DNA of 32,000 nt. It comes from Schaalia meyeri (GTDB lineage Bacteria > Actinomycetota > Actinomycetes > Actinomycetales > Actinomycetaceae). The notes under the pieces were generated by a model. That model saw only the letters and a list, made by a program, of their open reading frames with translations. It had not been told where the DNA came from and ran no database searches. The position numbers and the translations under genes were made by a program. Location of the stretch: assembly GCF_900105015.1 (NCBI RefSeq), contig NZ_FNLK01000005.1, positions 427,461 to 459,460 on the forward strand, written 5' to 3'. This document shows positions 1 through 9,957 of the stretch, in pieces. Position 1 is the stretch's first letter, and every line of letters begins with the position of its first letter.

Positions 1-1285
1 CGGCGACAAAGATGGGCACCCGGCGTCCGTTGACGGGGTCGATGCCGAAGAGCCCAGTGAATACGCCGGTCTTGGCGCGCTCGTCGTCGGTTCGCTCGGC
101 CTCAGATTTCGCCGAGGCCTGGGCACGGTAGGCGCTCACCGCGGCCTTCGGGGTAGCGGCACCGCCCGTCCACGCGGCCTTCGTTCCCTCGGGCCACGCC
201 TCGGGCAGGGTGAGGGCGGCTTCGTCATTCGCGTCGCCGCCGAGGATCGGATGCTCGGGGGCCACGACCATGAAGGTCGCGCCGAAGAGGGTGTCGGGGC
301 GCGTCGTGTAGACCTCCAGCTCGGACAGGGAGGCCCCCGCCTCGCGCACGCCGGGCACGTCGAAGCGGACCGTGGCGCCCTCGGATCGGCTGATCCAGTT
401 GCGCTGCATCGCGCGCACCTTTTCCGGCCAGTCGATCGCCTCCAGGTCATCCTCGAGGCGCTTGCCGTAGGCGGTGATGCGCATCATCCACTGGCGCAAC
501 TTGCGCTGAAAGACGGGGTAGTTGCCGCGTTCGGAGCGCCCGTCCGCCGTGACTTCTTCGTTCGCCAGGACCGTGCCCAGGCCGGGGCACCAGTTCACGG
601 GCGCCTCGGACACGTAGGCCAGCCGACGTGAGTCGACCTCGGCGGCACGCTCCTTCTTCGACAGCTCCGCCCACGGGCGACCGTCGTGTGTTTTCACGCG
701 CCCGTCGGCCAGTTGCTCCTCCAGTTCGGCGATGGGCCGCGCGGCGCCCATCGACCCGTCCGGGGCCGTGGCGGCGGGGTCGAACCACGAGTTGAAGATC
801 TGCAGGAAGATCCACTGCGTCCAGTGCACGTACTGGATGTCGGTCGTCGCGAGCGAGCGGCGAGAGTCATGAGACAGACCCATACGGCGCAGCTGACGGC
901 GCATGTTCGCGATGTTCTGGTTCGTGGTGACCGCCGGGTGTTGGCCGGTCTGCACGGCGTATTGTTCGGCCGGCAACCCGAAGGCGTCGTAGCCCATCGT
1001 GTATAGGACGTTGTCGCCCAACATGCGGCGGAAGCGCGCCAGCGTGTCCGTCGCGATGTAGCCCAGCGGGTGCCCCACGTGCAGTCCCTTGCCCGACGGG
1101 TAGGGGAACATATCGAGAATGAAGTAGGGGTCGCGGGACGCCAGGGGTCCGGCCAGCGAGCCGGTCGGATTATCCGCGTGGAACGTGCCCAGCTCCTCCC
1201 AACGGTCCTGCCACTTCGTCTCGATCTGACCGGCGAGCTCGGCGGTGTAGCGCTGGGCCGGGGCACCGTGCGGATTTTCGCTCAT
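1..1285 (-). CDS. leuS: leucine--tRNA ligase, N-terminal ~428 codons (the rest of the gene lies beyond the window start)
   Basis: Not in the ORF track because there is no stop in the window. My translation of the minus strand from ATG 1285..1283 gives [40 protein letters not shown]...[22 protein letters not shown]...[22 protein letters not shown]...[12 protein letters not shown]. This has a class-I HIGH-type motif and LeuS-typical blocks. The frame stays open to position 1. Confidence 0.9.
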   Translation of the reverse strand, partial: MSENPHGAPAQRYTAELAGQIETKWQDRWEELGTFHADNPTGSLAGPLASRDPYFILDMFPYPSGKGLHVGHPLGYIATDTLARFRRMLGDNVLYTMGYDAFGLPAEQYAVQTGQHPAVTTNQNIANMRRQLRRMGLSHDSRRSLATTDIQYVHWTQWIFLQIFNSWFDPAATAPDGSMGAARPIAELEEQLADGRVKTHDGRPWAELSKKERAAEVDSRRLAYVSEAPVNWCPGLGTVLANEEVTADGRSERGNYPVFQRKLRQWMMRITAYGKRLEDDLEAIDWPEKVRAMQRNWISRSEGATVRFDVPGVREAGASLSELEVYTTRPDTLFGATFMVVAPEHPILGGDANDEAALTLPEAWPEGTKAAWTGGAATPKAAVSAYRAQASAKSEAERTDDERAKTGVFTGLFGIDPVNGRRVPIFVA

Positions 1286-1467
1286 CTGTGCGTTCCTCTG
1301 CTTGGATGGGTCACGTAACATTGCTCCCAACAAGGGTAATTCACCGCCGCCCGAGCCGCTTCGCGCGCCCGCCTGCCGCTGCGCGCGAATAGGTGTGGAG
1401 CCCGCCATCGTTCACGTCATACCGCCAACGGCTACCGCAGCGCACCCGGATAGGTGACAATAGTCGC

Positions 1468-1914
1468 ATGAGCACAGTCTTTGAAAACATCATCTCGGGC
1501 GCCTGGGCGGGACGCTTCGTGTGGGCTGACGACCTGTGCGTCGCTTTCGCAACGATCGAACCTACCTCACCCGGGCATGTCCTCGTCGTGCCCCGCACCC
1601 CCTACGAGGCGTGGACGGACGCCCCCGCCGATGTGGCCGCCCACCTCATGACGGTGGCCCGCACGATCGGCCTCGCCCAGAAAGCGGCCTTCGACGTCCC
1701 GCGCGCCGGCCTGGCCATCGCTGGTTTCGAGGTCCCCCACACGCACCTGCACGTCATCCCTCTGCGCGACGAGACGGACCTCGCCCTGTCCAAGGCCGCT
1801 CCCGCATCCGATGAGGAGCTCGATTCCACGATGACGGCCCTGCGCGGCGCTCTTTGCGCGGCCGGGCACACCGCTCACGTGCCGACCGACATGAGCTCCG
1901 CGGCGCTCGCCTGA
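1468..1914 (+). CDS. HIT (histidine triad) family protein
   Basis: ORF 1393..1914. The internal ATG at 1468 (MSTVFENIISGAW...) is the more natural start. The histidine-triad signature HTHLHVIP is present. Confidence 0.85.
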   Translation: MSTVFENIISGAWAGRFVWADDLCVAFATIEPTSPGHVLVVPRTPYEAWTDAPADVAAHLMTVARTIGLAQKAAFDVPRAGLAIAGFEVPHTHLHVIPLRDETDLALSKAAPASDEELDSTMTALRGALCAAGHTAHVPTDMSSAALA

Positions 1915-2026
1915 CCCTCATCACGCCACGCCGCGACCTCCCGGGGTTCTCCCAGCTCGACCACGGAAGTCAGGGGTCGGGGCGGCCAGCCTCGTTTCCG
2001 GTCGGTCGTGCCAGTGGCCCACCGTG

Positions 2027-2692
2027 TCAGTCGCGCACGATAATTTCCGAGGCCTGGGAAGGCTCCAAGCGCACCGTCTGTCCGTCGCTGAGGGCGACCG
2101 TGATCTCCAGGCCGCTTGCGACGACACTCACGCGCGCTCCGAGGATCAGTCCCGACCGTTCCCAGGCGCGCAACGCACACGGGTCACGGTCCGGCAGGCG
2201 CTCAATCTCCCCGCCACTTCCGACGGGGAGGGAGGCCAGGGGCACACCGGGCACGCTCTCGCTCGACCCGTCGGCGCGCGGAATCGGATCCCCGTGCGGG
2301 TCGCGCGTTGGATAGCCGAGCACCCGGTCTAGACGGTCGAGCAGGCGCTGCGAGACCGCGTGTTCGAGGATCTCCGCTTCCTCGTGCACTTCATCCCACG
2401 AGAAACCGAGCGCCTCGTGGAGATACGTCTCCAGCAGCCTGTGGCGTCGAACCATTCCGAGCGCAACCGTTCGCCCCTGCTCGGTCAGCCGCACGCGCCC
2501 GTAGCGCTCATGAACCACCATGCCCCGACGCGTCAGGCGCTGCACGTTCTCCGTCGCCGTCGACGGAACAACGCCCATGTGTTTGGCTATGTCCTTCGGT
2601 TTGACGCCGTCGCGTCCGGCTTCCTCCGCGCTCCACACGAGTTTCAAGATGTCCTCGGCGACCGCGGAATGCGCGCTCGATGCTTCCGCCAT
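2027..2692 (-). CDS. DtxR/IdeR/MntR-family metal-dependent transcriptional regulator
   Basis: ORF 2027..2833, but the tRNA-Lys gene (2827..2899) runs into its 5' end, so that upstream start is implausible. The ATG at 2692 (MAEASSAHSAVAEDILKLVW...) is preferred. It has an N-terminal winged-helix region, the RRHRLLETYL dimerisation/metal-site region typical of DtxR, and a C-terminal SH3-like tail. Confidence 0.85.
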   Translation of the reverse strand: MAEASSAHSAVAEDILKLVWSAEEAGRDGVKPKDIAKHMGVVPSTATENVQRLTRRGMVVHERYGRVRLTEQGRTVALGMVRRHRLLETYLHEALGFSWDEVHEEAEILEHAVSQRLLDRLDRVLGYPTRDPHGDPIPRADGSSESVPGVPLASLPVGSGGEIERLPDRDPCALRAWERSGLILGARVSVVASGLEITVALSDGQTVRLEPSQASEIIVRD

Positions 2693-2774
2693 GGCAGCCC
2701 CTTCCGTCTCCAGTCTCATTGTAGGCCCGGGCCCTCCCCCGCCTGCGACATATGACACGAGCAGGGACGGTGAC

Positions 2775-2803
2775 TTGCAGACAAGCCCCCACCCATGTAC
2801 ATT
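2775..2803 (+). promoter_or_regulatory. candidate sigma-70-type promoter for the tRNA-Lys pair (TTGCAG-17 nt-TACATT)
   Basis: TTGCAG at 2775..2780 and TACATT at 2798..2803 have 17-nt spacing and sit about 24 nt upstream of the first tRNA. This is sequence inspection only. Confidence 0.3.
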
Positions 2804-2826
2804 TATCTCTTGGTTGCAAAACCCCC

Positions 2827-2899
<73 letters not shown>

Positions 2900-2933
2900 C
2901 AGCTTTCCCGGCCCGACGGCCGGCGAAAGTCCC

Positions 2934-3006
<73 letters not shown>

Positions 3007-3014
3007 CAGCGAAT

Positions 3015-3044
3015 AACCGGCGGCTCGTGGGTCGCCGGTTTTTT
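3015..3044 (+). terminator. intrinsic terminator after the tRNA-Lys pair
   Basis: Stem AACCGGCG(GC)/(GT)CGCCGGTT with a short loop, followed directly by T6 (3039..3044). Confidence 0.7.
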
Positions 3045-3270
3045 ACTGTGGTGCCCCCGCGGCTTTGATGCCCCGTCCCTACCACGCACAATACCCGGGG
3101 AGCCCCACACCCACGTTTTGTGATAGCCCACCAATCGCACGCGAACCCGCCAGGTTGCACGCTGGCCCCCTTGGCCACGCGTGGGCGGGGCCGCTCACGC
3201 GCATCTCAGCGCGTTAACGCGCGCCCCAGCCAGGGGACTAACGCGAGCGGGGCAATAGCAGCTCGCACGC

Positions 3271-3304
3271 CAGGCCGGGGCGCCCTCTCGAGCGACCCGG
3301 CCTG
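3271..3304 (-). terminator. GC-rich hairpin downstream of the ABC permease gene (no U-tract)
   Basis: CAGGCCGGG (3271..3279) pairs with CCCGGCCTG (3296..3304). It lies 22 nt beyond the permease stop at 3326. Confidence 0.3.
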
Positions 3305-3325
3305 ACCCGTTCGGACCGGCACCGC

Positions 3326-5017
3326 TTAGTGCCCCGGCCAGCTGCGGATCGTCGTAAGCGCAGCCACGCAATAGCGGTCCCATGTGCGGCCGCCGATGCG
3401 CACTGCCGTTTCTAGGACGACGACAGACCACGCGAGGGCGACGATGAAGGCCACCCACTGCGGGACGACGCCAAAGCTCGCCAGGACCAGCAGCACGTAA
3501 GAGGGAAGCTGCAGCACCGCGGTGCCGACAAAACCGATGAGCTGCAGCAACATCGTCATCAGGAACGACCCCGTGCCCTTGGTCGCCAGGGGCGACGTAC
3601 CCGGAGGCTGAACCGGGTAGACCCAGCGCGCGTTCACGACCAGAGTCGTGGCGGCCGCCCCGGAGAAGAACACGATACCCATCACCTGGTGGTACACAAA
3701 GTCAGCGGCGCTCGCGTGTACCACCGTGTCGTGGATCAGGTAGCCGACAACCTGGGGAAGCAGGACCGGCAGGGAACCAACGAGGCGGCCCCGACGTTCC
3801 TCGCACCCGCTCATGCCCGATGAAACGACGATCCAGGCGCCCGTTGAGTCGTACTGCATGAGCGAGCCGGTGGCCAGGCCAGTCGTGATCGGCACCAGAT
3901 ACAAGAAGACACCCGAGAACACCATGGTCTGTCCGCCGATGTCGATTCGTCCCATGAGGATCGCCATGATCGGGAAAAGAAGGGCGAGAACGAGGTTCAT
4001 GTTCAGGCGCGGGTCCACGATCCAGTAGCGCAGGGTGCGTGCTGCGAGCGACGCGCTGCGGGGGCCGAGGCCGAGCCGGGTGAACCAATCGACGCTGTGC
4101 AGCCCCGCGGAGCGGGCTTGTGCGACGCGCTGAGTGCGCTGGGCAACGTCGATGGAGTCATCGATCAGGTGACGTCCCTCGTCCATGGCTCGCTGTGCGT
4201 CGGCCGAGATGTGACCGGCGTACCCGGTCATGACGGGGCCCAGGACCGTCAGCCACGCGCGCCATCCCAGGTAAGCGGTGACGACGCTAATGGCTGCGCG
4301 GATCGCTGCCTCCACCCAGACTCCCTCGACGAGGGAAGCGACGACGCCGAAGGGGGCACCGAAGGGGGTCCACAGGGCGATCACCACCCCGGCCTCGAAA
4401 GTGTCGAACGAGAAGTTGTGGGCAAGGACGCTGAGCCAGTAGCCCATCGGCGTGAGGACCACCATGAAGACGGTGACGCCGATGAGCGTGATCAGGTCTT
4501 TCTTACCCGAGGTGTTAAGTCGCACGGCGAACCATGTTCCGGCCGCGCGAGCCCACAGGACCGCGATGCCGAGGGTCACGACGGAAGCGACCAGCCAGCC
4601 GAGGGCCTCAACCCACTGCGCGCGCCACAGGGCGAACCAGGTGGGCAGGAAGAGCAGGACAGCGGAGACGACGCCTCCCGGGCCGACGGCGGTCGCCACC
4701 CCCAGGGCCGCTGCCAATCGTTTGCTCGGTCCGACGTAGGGCGAGAGGCGCACCGGGTCCACCGAGTTATCCATCGACGCAAACAGAATCGGGAACACGA
4801 GCCACGCGGCGGCGACGAGAGGGCCGACGAAGGCGAAGAGCGGAGCCATGCTCGCTGCCTCGTCTGAGCGCGCCAGGAAGGCGACACCCGCAAAGGCGCT
4901 CACCCCCAAGAAGGCCATATAGAGCGTCCCAATGATCGACAGGACGAGGATGGCGGTCTGGCGACGGATCGTGTTCCAGATGAGCTGGAACTTCAGGCGG
5001 ATCAGCTGCCCAACCAC
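3326..5017 (-). CDS. ABC transporter permease, large polytopic (about 563 aa)
   Basis: ORF 3326..5551 has an Arg/Pro-rich first ~178 codons that are the out-of-frame shadow of the upstream ATPase gene. The GTG at 5017 (VVGQLIRLKFQLIWNTIRRQTAILVLSIIG...) overlaps the ATPase stop by 16 nt. There are many hydrophobic segments throughout. Confidence 0.75.
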   Translation of the reverse strand: MVGQLIRLKFQLIWNTIRRQTAILVLSIIGTLYMAFLGVSAFAGVAFLARSDEAASMAPLFAFVGPLVAAAWLVFPILFASMDNSVDPVRLSPYVGPSKRLAAALGVATAVGPGGVVSAVLLFLPTWFALWRAQWVEALGWLVASVVTLGIAVLWARAAGTWFAVRLNTSGKKDLITLIGVTVFMVVLTPMGYWLSVLAHNFSFDTFEAGVVIALWTPFGAPFGVVASLVEGVWVEAAIRAAISVVTAYLGWRAWLTVLGPVMTGYAGHISADAQRAMDEGRHLIDDSIDVAQRTQRVAQARSAGLHSVDWFTRLGLGPRSASLAARTLRYWIVDPRLNMNLVLALLFPIMAILMGRIDIGGQTMVFSGVFLYLVPITTGLATGSLMQYDSTGAWIVVSSGMSGCEERRGRLVGSLPVLLPQVVGYLIHDTVVHASAADFVYHQVMGIVFFSGAAATTLVVNARWVYPVQPPGTSPLATKGTGSFLMTMLLQLIGFVGTAVLQLPSYVLLVLASFGVVPQWVAFIVALAWSVVVLETAVRIGGRTWDRYCVAALTTIRSWPGH

Positions 5018-5787
5018 GACAGGCCCTCCTCCTCGTGAACGCCACCAACCAGGGAGGTGAAGCGTTCGCCCAAGTCTTTGCCCTGCGCGACCTCGTCGGT
5101 CGTTCCCGCCACAAGCACCCGCCCCTTGTCGATGATCGCGACGTGGGTGCACAGCTGCTGAACGGTGGCCATGACGTGGGAGGACAGAATCACGGTCCCG
5201 CCGCGCTTCGTGTACTCCGTGAGGATCTGGCGAATATTCGTGGCGGAGACGGGGTCCACCGCCTCGAAGGGTTCGTCTAGGACGAGGATGCGCGGAGAGT
5301 GAATGAGTGCGGCGGCCAGCGCGATCTTCTTTGTCATGCCGGCCGAGTAGTCGGCGATGAGTTTCTTCCCGGCCTCGGTCAGATCCAGGGCGGCCAGCAG
5401 CTCCTGGGAGCGCACTCGAGCCGTGTCCGCGTCCAGGCCGCGGAGCATGGCGACGTGAACGAGGAAGTCGGGACCGGAGAGTCGGTCGAGCAGGCGCATC
5501 CCGTCGGGCATGACACCGAGAAGGGAGCGGGCCCGATTGACGTCTTTCCACACGTCAACCCCGTGCACGAGCGCTGTGCCGCGATCGGGGGTAAGCAGGC
5601 CGGTGACCATGGTCAGGGTCGTGGTCTTGCCCGCGCCGTTAGGGCCGACGATCCCGTAGAAAGAGCCGGTGGGGATATCGAGCGAGAGGTCGGCGACGGC
5701 GATGAGGTTGCCGTAGATCTTGACGAGGCCTCGGATCGCCAGGGCGATATCGTCCCCAACGGGAGCGGCGGACGGTGATTCGGACAC
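5002..5787 (-). CDS. ABC transporter ATP-binding protein (ABC-2/DrrA-like)
   Basis: Walker A GPNGAGKTT, signature YSAGMTKK, Walker B ILVLDEP. GTG start at 5787 with GAAGGAG 7 nt upstream. Confidence 0.9.
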   Translation of the reverse strand: MSESPSAAPVGDDIALAIRGLVKIYGNLIAVADLSLDIPTGSFYGIVGPNGAGKTTTLTMVTGLLTPDRGTALVHGVDVWKDVNRARSLLGVMPDGMRLLDRLSGPDFLVHVAMLRGLDADTARVRSQELLAALDLTEAGKKLIADYSAGMTKKIALAAALIHSPRILVLDEPFEAVDPVSATNIRQILTEYTKRGGTVILSSHVMATVQQLCTHVAIIDKGRVLVAGTTDEVAQGKDLGERFTSLVGGVHEEEGLSWLGS

Positions 5788-5929
5788 GAGATACTCCTTC
5801 GCTGATCGAAATACCTCTGAAATCTTACGGGGAAAACTTCGGCGTCCATAAGGAATTCTCGGGGAACGGACACCAACCCCTGATCCGCTCAGGCTGCGTG
5901 GCGCCGCGTCTAGAGGCCACGAAATACCG

Positions 5930-6403
5930 TTAGTCGATGCCCAGCTCCCGACGCAGGCGCTGGACGTGGCCGGTCGCCTTCACGTTGTACTGGGCCAGGG
6001 CAACCGTGCCGTCCGGCGCCACGACAACGGTCGATCGAATGATGCCGACGTAGGTGTACCCGTAGTTTTTCTTCTCTCCCCACGCGCCGTAGGCCTCGAG
6101 AACACGATGCTCGGGGTCGGAGGCCAGCGGGAAGGTCAGGGAGCGCTTCTCAGCGAAGCGCGTCAGGGCGACCATAGAATCGGCGGACACGCCGATGACC
6201 GAGTAGCCAGCGGCCTGCAGGGAGGCCAGGGAGTCGCGGAAGTCGCAAGCCTGCTTCGTGCAGCCGGGGGTCGATGCCTTCGGGTAGAAATAGATGATGA
6301 CGCCACGCGAGGATGACGCTAGTTCACGGGACAGGGTGACCGTCCCCTGCGTGGTTTCGAGAGTGAAATCTGGGGCCTTCTGGCCGATCTGCACAGCGCT
6401 CAT
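5930..6403 (-). CDS. bcp: thioredoxin-dependent thiol peroxidase (peroxiredoxin Bcp/PrxQ type)
   Basis: 157 aa with APDFTL...YFYPKASTPGCTKQAC, the Bcp-type CxxxxC peroxidatic/resolving cysteine pair. Confidence 0.9.
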   Translation of the reverse strand: MSAVQIGQKAPDFTLETTQGTVTLSRELASSSRGVIIYFYPKASTPGCTKQACDFRDSLASLQAAGYSVIGVSADSMVALTRFAEKRSLTFPLASDPEHRVLEAYGAWGEKKNYGYTYVGIIRSTVVVAPDGTVALAQYNVKATGHVQRLRRELGID

Positions 6404-6455
6404 GCAAGCCAGTCTATCGGGGCACCCTCACCCGGTGCGACCGGGGTGGAGCCGG

Positions 6456-6536
<81 letters not shown>

Positions 6537-6631
6537 GCGCCCCTAAGTGTAACCGATGGGTGCGGCCGCGTCGCCGTACCTCCGGTGAACGGATCGCTCG
6601 GGACATGGAGCACCGCGCGCCCGGTGAACAG

Positions 6632-6670
6632 GGCACCTGGGGCGTGGATCGACGCCCCCTGGGGGGTGCC
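6632..6670 (-). terminator. GC-rich hairpin 10 nt beyond the mnmA stop (no U-tract)
   Basis: GGCACC/GGTGCC outer stem and GGGGCG/CGCCCC inner stem. Confidence 0.3.
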
Positions 6671-6679
6671 AAGCGCCCC

Positions 6680-7771
6680 TCAGCGATCGGCGCGCTCGAT
6701 CGTGCCCTCGCCCAGCACGCGACTTCCCCGATAGACAACCATGGACTGCCCACGGGCGACGCCGCGCGCGCTGCCCTCGAGGGTGACGCTGATCGTAGCG
6801 GCGTCCTCGTCGCGGGTCAGGGCTGCAACGGGGATGGGCGCGCCGTGTGCGCGCAGCTGGACGAACAGATCCGCCGTCTTTACACCGTCGTCGTCGGCGG
6901 CGAGCCACACTGCATCGGTCGCACGTATTCGCGAGATAGACAGCAGCTCGGAGGCGCCTACGACCACCTGGTTCGTCTCGGGCCTGGTCTGAAGCACGTA
7001 TCGGGGGCGCCCGTCGGGCGCGGGTTCCCCGATCCGCAGGCCCTTGCGCTGGCCGACCGTGTAGTTCCAGTAGCCGCCGTGGTGGCCGAGGACCTGCCCG
7101 TCGGGCGTGACAATCTCGCCCTCAGCGGACCCCAGGTGGGCGCGCAGGAACCCCTGGGTGTCCCCGTCGGGGATGAAGCAAATGTCGTAGGAGTCGGGCT
7201 TGTTGGACACGCCCAGGCCCAGGCGCTCGGCCTCGGAACGCACCCATGCCTTGGAGGGGGCATCCCCGAGGGGCAAGACGACGCGACCGAGCTCGTCCGA
7301 GCCCATGACGGCCAGCACGTAAGACTGGTCCTTCAAGTTATCGGTACCCCGGTGCAGCTCGGGTCCGCTCTCCCCCTCCACGATGGCCGCGTAGTGCCCG
7401 GTGCACACCGCGTCGAAACCGAGGGCCCGCGCCCGGCTCGCCAGCTCGCGAAACTTCACGAACTCGTTGCAGCGCACGCATGGGTTGGGGGTGCGGCCGG
7501 CGCGGTACTGGGCGATAAAGTCGGTGATGACGGTCTGCTCGAACTCCTCGGCCAGGTCCCACACGTAAAAGGGGACGCCGATGATCTGCGCGGCGCGCGC
7601 CGCGTCCGTCGCGTCCTCGACCGAACAGCAGCCGCGCGACCCGATCCGACACTCCTGAGGCTGGGAGGACAGGGCCATGTGAACGCCAACTACGTCGTGA
7701 CCGGCCTCGACGGCCTTTGCGGCGGCGACGGCGGAATCGACGCCGCCGGAGAGCGCTGCCAGAACGCGCAT
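6680..7771 (-). CDS. mnmA: tRNA 2-thiouridine(34) synthase (tRNA-specific 2-thiouridylase)
   Basis: 363 aa. N-terminal PP-loop MRVLAALSGGVDSAV, then RTPNPCVRCN and DQSYVL blocks typical of MnmA/TrmU. Confidence 0.92.
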   Translation of the reverse strand: MRVLAALSGGVDSAVAAAKAVEAGHDVVGVHMALSSQPQECRIGSRGCCSVEDATDAARAAQIIGVPFYVWDLAEEFEQTVITDFIAQYRAGRTPNPCVRCNEFVKFRELASRARALGFDAVCTGHYAAIVEGESGPELHRGTDNLKDQSYVLAVMGSDELGRVVLPLGDAPSKAWVRSEAERLGLGVSNKPDSYDICFIPDGDTQGFLRAHLGSAEGEIVTPDGQVLGHHGGYWNYTVGQRKGLRIGEPAPDGRPRYVLQTRPETNQVVVGASELLSISRIRATDAVWLAADDDGVKTADLFVQLRAHGAPIPVAALTRDEDAATISVTLEGSARGVARGQSMVVYRGSRVLGEGTIERADR

Positions 7772-7773
7772 GC

Positions 7774-8982
7774 TTAGCCCTCCTCGTTTCGCTCGTTGCG
7801 CACGCGGGTGACCCCGTCCAGGGCCGCGCCCGCCCGGATCGCCGCGGGCAGGGCCGACAGAAAGGCGTCAATGTCGGCGCGCGTCGTGTCATGTCCGAGC
7901 GAGACGCGCAGGACGCCCAGAGCAGAATCCTCGCTGTGCCCCATGGCCATCATGATGGCAGAGGGCCGGGTGACGCCCGCGTGACACGCCGATCCCGCGG
8001 ACACCGCGATTCCGGCCATGTCGAAGGCCATGAGGACGGCCTCGGGGCGGGCGGTCGGCAGGGACAGGTGGATGATTGCACTGGACGAGGCCAAAGCCCC
8101 CACCGTCGGCTCAACGCCGTGGGGCAAATGGTTCAGCAGGTGCGCCCGCAGGTCGCGGGACCGTCGCGCGAAGGCTGCGCGCTCGGCGACAACTTCGGTG
8201 AGCGCCGCCGCGAGGGCGCATGCCCCCGCCACGTCGGGGGTGCCCGACCGAATCGAACGCTCGTGGCCGCCGCCCGGCCTGTCGGTGACCATCGGTATGC
8301 CGCGCTTGGCCAGCAGAACGCCGATTCCGACGGGTGCACCGACTTTGTGGCCACCGACGCTCATGAGGTCCACGCCCAATCGGGCAAATGACACGTCCAT
8401 CGTGGCCACGGCCTGCGCCGCATCGCTGTGCGTCAGCCCGCCGGCCGTGCGCACACGCGAGGCGAAGCCCTCAACGGGCTGGATCGTGCCGATTTCGGAG
8501 GAGACGAGGGTCATGGAACCGAGCGCCAGGCGCCCGCCGAATAGCGGCTGATAATCGCCGTGATCGGTTGCGTCCGGCAGGACGCTGATCCCCTCCCGGT
8601 TAACGCCGAGCTCGATCCAGCTAAAGGACTCGCGCTGCGCGACCTCGCGCTGGTGGGCGACGGCGTCGTGTTCGACGCTGGAGACCGCGATGAGGTTGCG
8701 CCGCGCATCGCGAGAACGCATCCCGCGGGCGCCGGCCATGATCCCCAGCGCGTCCGACTCGGTGGCGCCCGAAGTAAAGATGACCTCGTGAATATCGGCG
8801 CCCAGGGCGTCTCCGACTTCCTCACGGGCGTCTTCAAGCATGCGACGGGTCCGCCGCCCCCCAAAGTGGAGGGCGGCGGGGTTGCCGGGAGAGGCGGCCA
8901 GGTCGCGCTGTGCACGAGTCCACGCCTCGAGGGCGCACGCGCGCAACGGGGTCGTGGCCGCGTGATCGAGGTAGACGCTCAC
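7774..8982 (-). CDS. cysteine desulfurase (NifS/IscS family, PLP-dependent)
   Basis: ORF 7774..9330, but its 5' part overlaps etfA out of frame. The GTG at 8982 forms a GTGA overlap with the etfA stop (8979..8981). The product starts VSVYLDHAATTPL and contains SVGGHKVGAPVGIG (PLP lysine) and SAGSACHAG (active-site Cys). Confidence 0.85.
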   Translation of the reverse strand: MSVYLDHAATTPLRACALEAWTRAQRDLAASPGNPAALHFGGRRTRRMLEDAREEVGDALGADIHEVIFTSGATESDALGIMAGARGMRSRDARRNLIAVSSVEHDAVAHQREVAQRESFSWIELGVNREGISVLPDATDHGDYQPLFGGRLALGSMTLVSSEIGTIQPVEGFASRVRTAGGLTHSDAAQAVATMDVSFARLGVDLMSVGGHKVGAPVGIGVLLAKRGIPMVTDRPGGGHERSIRSGTPDVAGACALAAALTEVVAERAAFARRSRDLRAHLLNHLPHGVEPTVGALASSSAIIHLSLPTARPEAVLMAFDMAGIAVSAGSACHAGVTRPSAIMMAMGHSEDSALGVLRVSLGHDTTRADIDAFLSALPAAIRAGAALDGVTRVRNERNEEG

Positions 8983-9956
8983 GCCTGGGCGCGCGCCTCC
9001 TCGATCGCGGCCAGCGCAGCGGGCACGACCTTCGCGACGTCTCCGACCACGCCGAAGTCCGCGATGTCGAAGATCGGTGCGTCCGGGTCGTCGCACACGG
9101 CCACGATGTGGGCGGCGGACTGCATGCCCACCGTATGGTGGATGGCCCCGGACACGCCCAGGCCGATGTACAGGTTCGGGGTCAGCGTCAATCCGGTCTG
9201 GCCGATCTGTTCGCCGCGCGGCGCCCAACCCTCGTCGCACGCGACGCGGGTAGCCCCAACGGCGCCGCCGAGGGCGCTGGCCAGAGAACGGACCAGCTCG
9301 AAGTCGCCGTCCACGCCGCGCCCGCCACAAACGACGGTCGACGCGTCCTGAAGAGACACGCCATCGGCGTCGTCCGGCACACAGGACACGACCTCAATCG
9401 AGGAGGCCTCCGCGCTTAGCGGGACGGGCAGCTCCTGCGGGGTCAGGGCGACGGGCGAGGGAACCACGGCCTCGTCGATGACGCCCGAGGAGACACCCAC
9501 GATCGGGGTTATCCCGTCGAGGACGACGCGCATCGACCAGGAACCCCCCAGGGCGGTCTTGCCGACCTGCAGGATCCCGCCGTCGAAGGAGACGGACGAC
9601 GCGCCGGAGACCACGCCGGCCTCGGTGATCGCGCCGACACGACCGGCGATCTCACGGCCCCGGTAATCCGAACCCAGCAGCACCAGGCCAAAGGAGTCGG
9701 TCTCCAGGGCGGCGATAATCGCGTCGGAGGCGACGACCGAGGAACGCGCCGCATCACCCATGCACGCGTGCAGCACGCGGGTCGCACCCAGCTCGGACAG
9801 GGAGCGCTTGTCGGGCGCGGCCGCGACGGACAGGGCGACGACGTCGCCAGACGTCAGGGAAGCGGCCAGGGTGACCGCCTGGCGAGCCAGGGGCGTCAGG
9901 CGGTCACCCGCCTGATCGGCCAGGACCAGGATGGGGGAGGTCATCTGCTGTGTCAT
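8979..9956 (-). CDS. etfA: electron transfer flavoprotein subunit alpha
   Basis: 325 aa. The C-terminal FAD-binding block reads GGRGV...VGATRVACDEGWAPRGEQIGQTGLTLTPNLYIGLGVSGAIHH. Confidence 0.9.
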   Translation of the reverse strand: MTQQMTSPILVLADQAGDRLTPLARQAVTLAASLTSGDVVALSVAAAPDKRSLSELGATRVLHACMGDAARSSVVASDAIIAALETDSFGLVLLGSDYRGREIAGRVGAITEAGVVSGASSVSFDGGILQVGKTALGGSWSMRVVLDGITPIVGVSSGVIDEAVVPSPVALTPQELPVPLSAEASSIEVVSCVPDDADGVSLQDASTVVCGGRGVDGDFELVRSLASALGGAVGATRVACDEGWAPRGEQIGQTGLTLTPNLYIGLGVSGAIHHTVGMQSAAHIVAVCDDPDAPIFDIADFGVVGDVAKVVPAALAAIEEARAQA

Positions 9957-9957
9957 G

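Noticed and set aside
5018-5551. N-terminal 178 codons of the 741-aa ORF 3326..5551
   Set aside because: This part overlaps the ABC ATPase gene in another frame and is Arg/Pro/Gly-rich junk. The hydrophobic permease sequence begins at the GTG at 5017.
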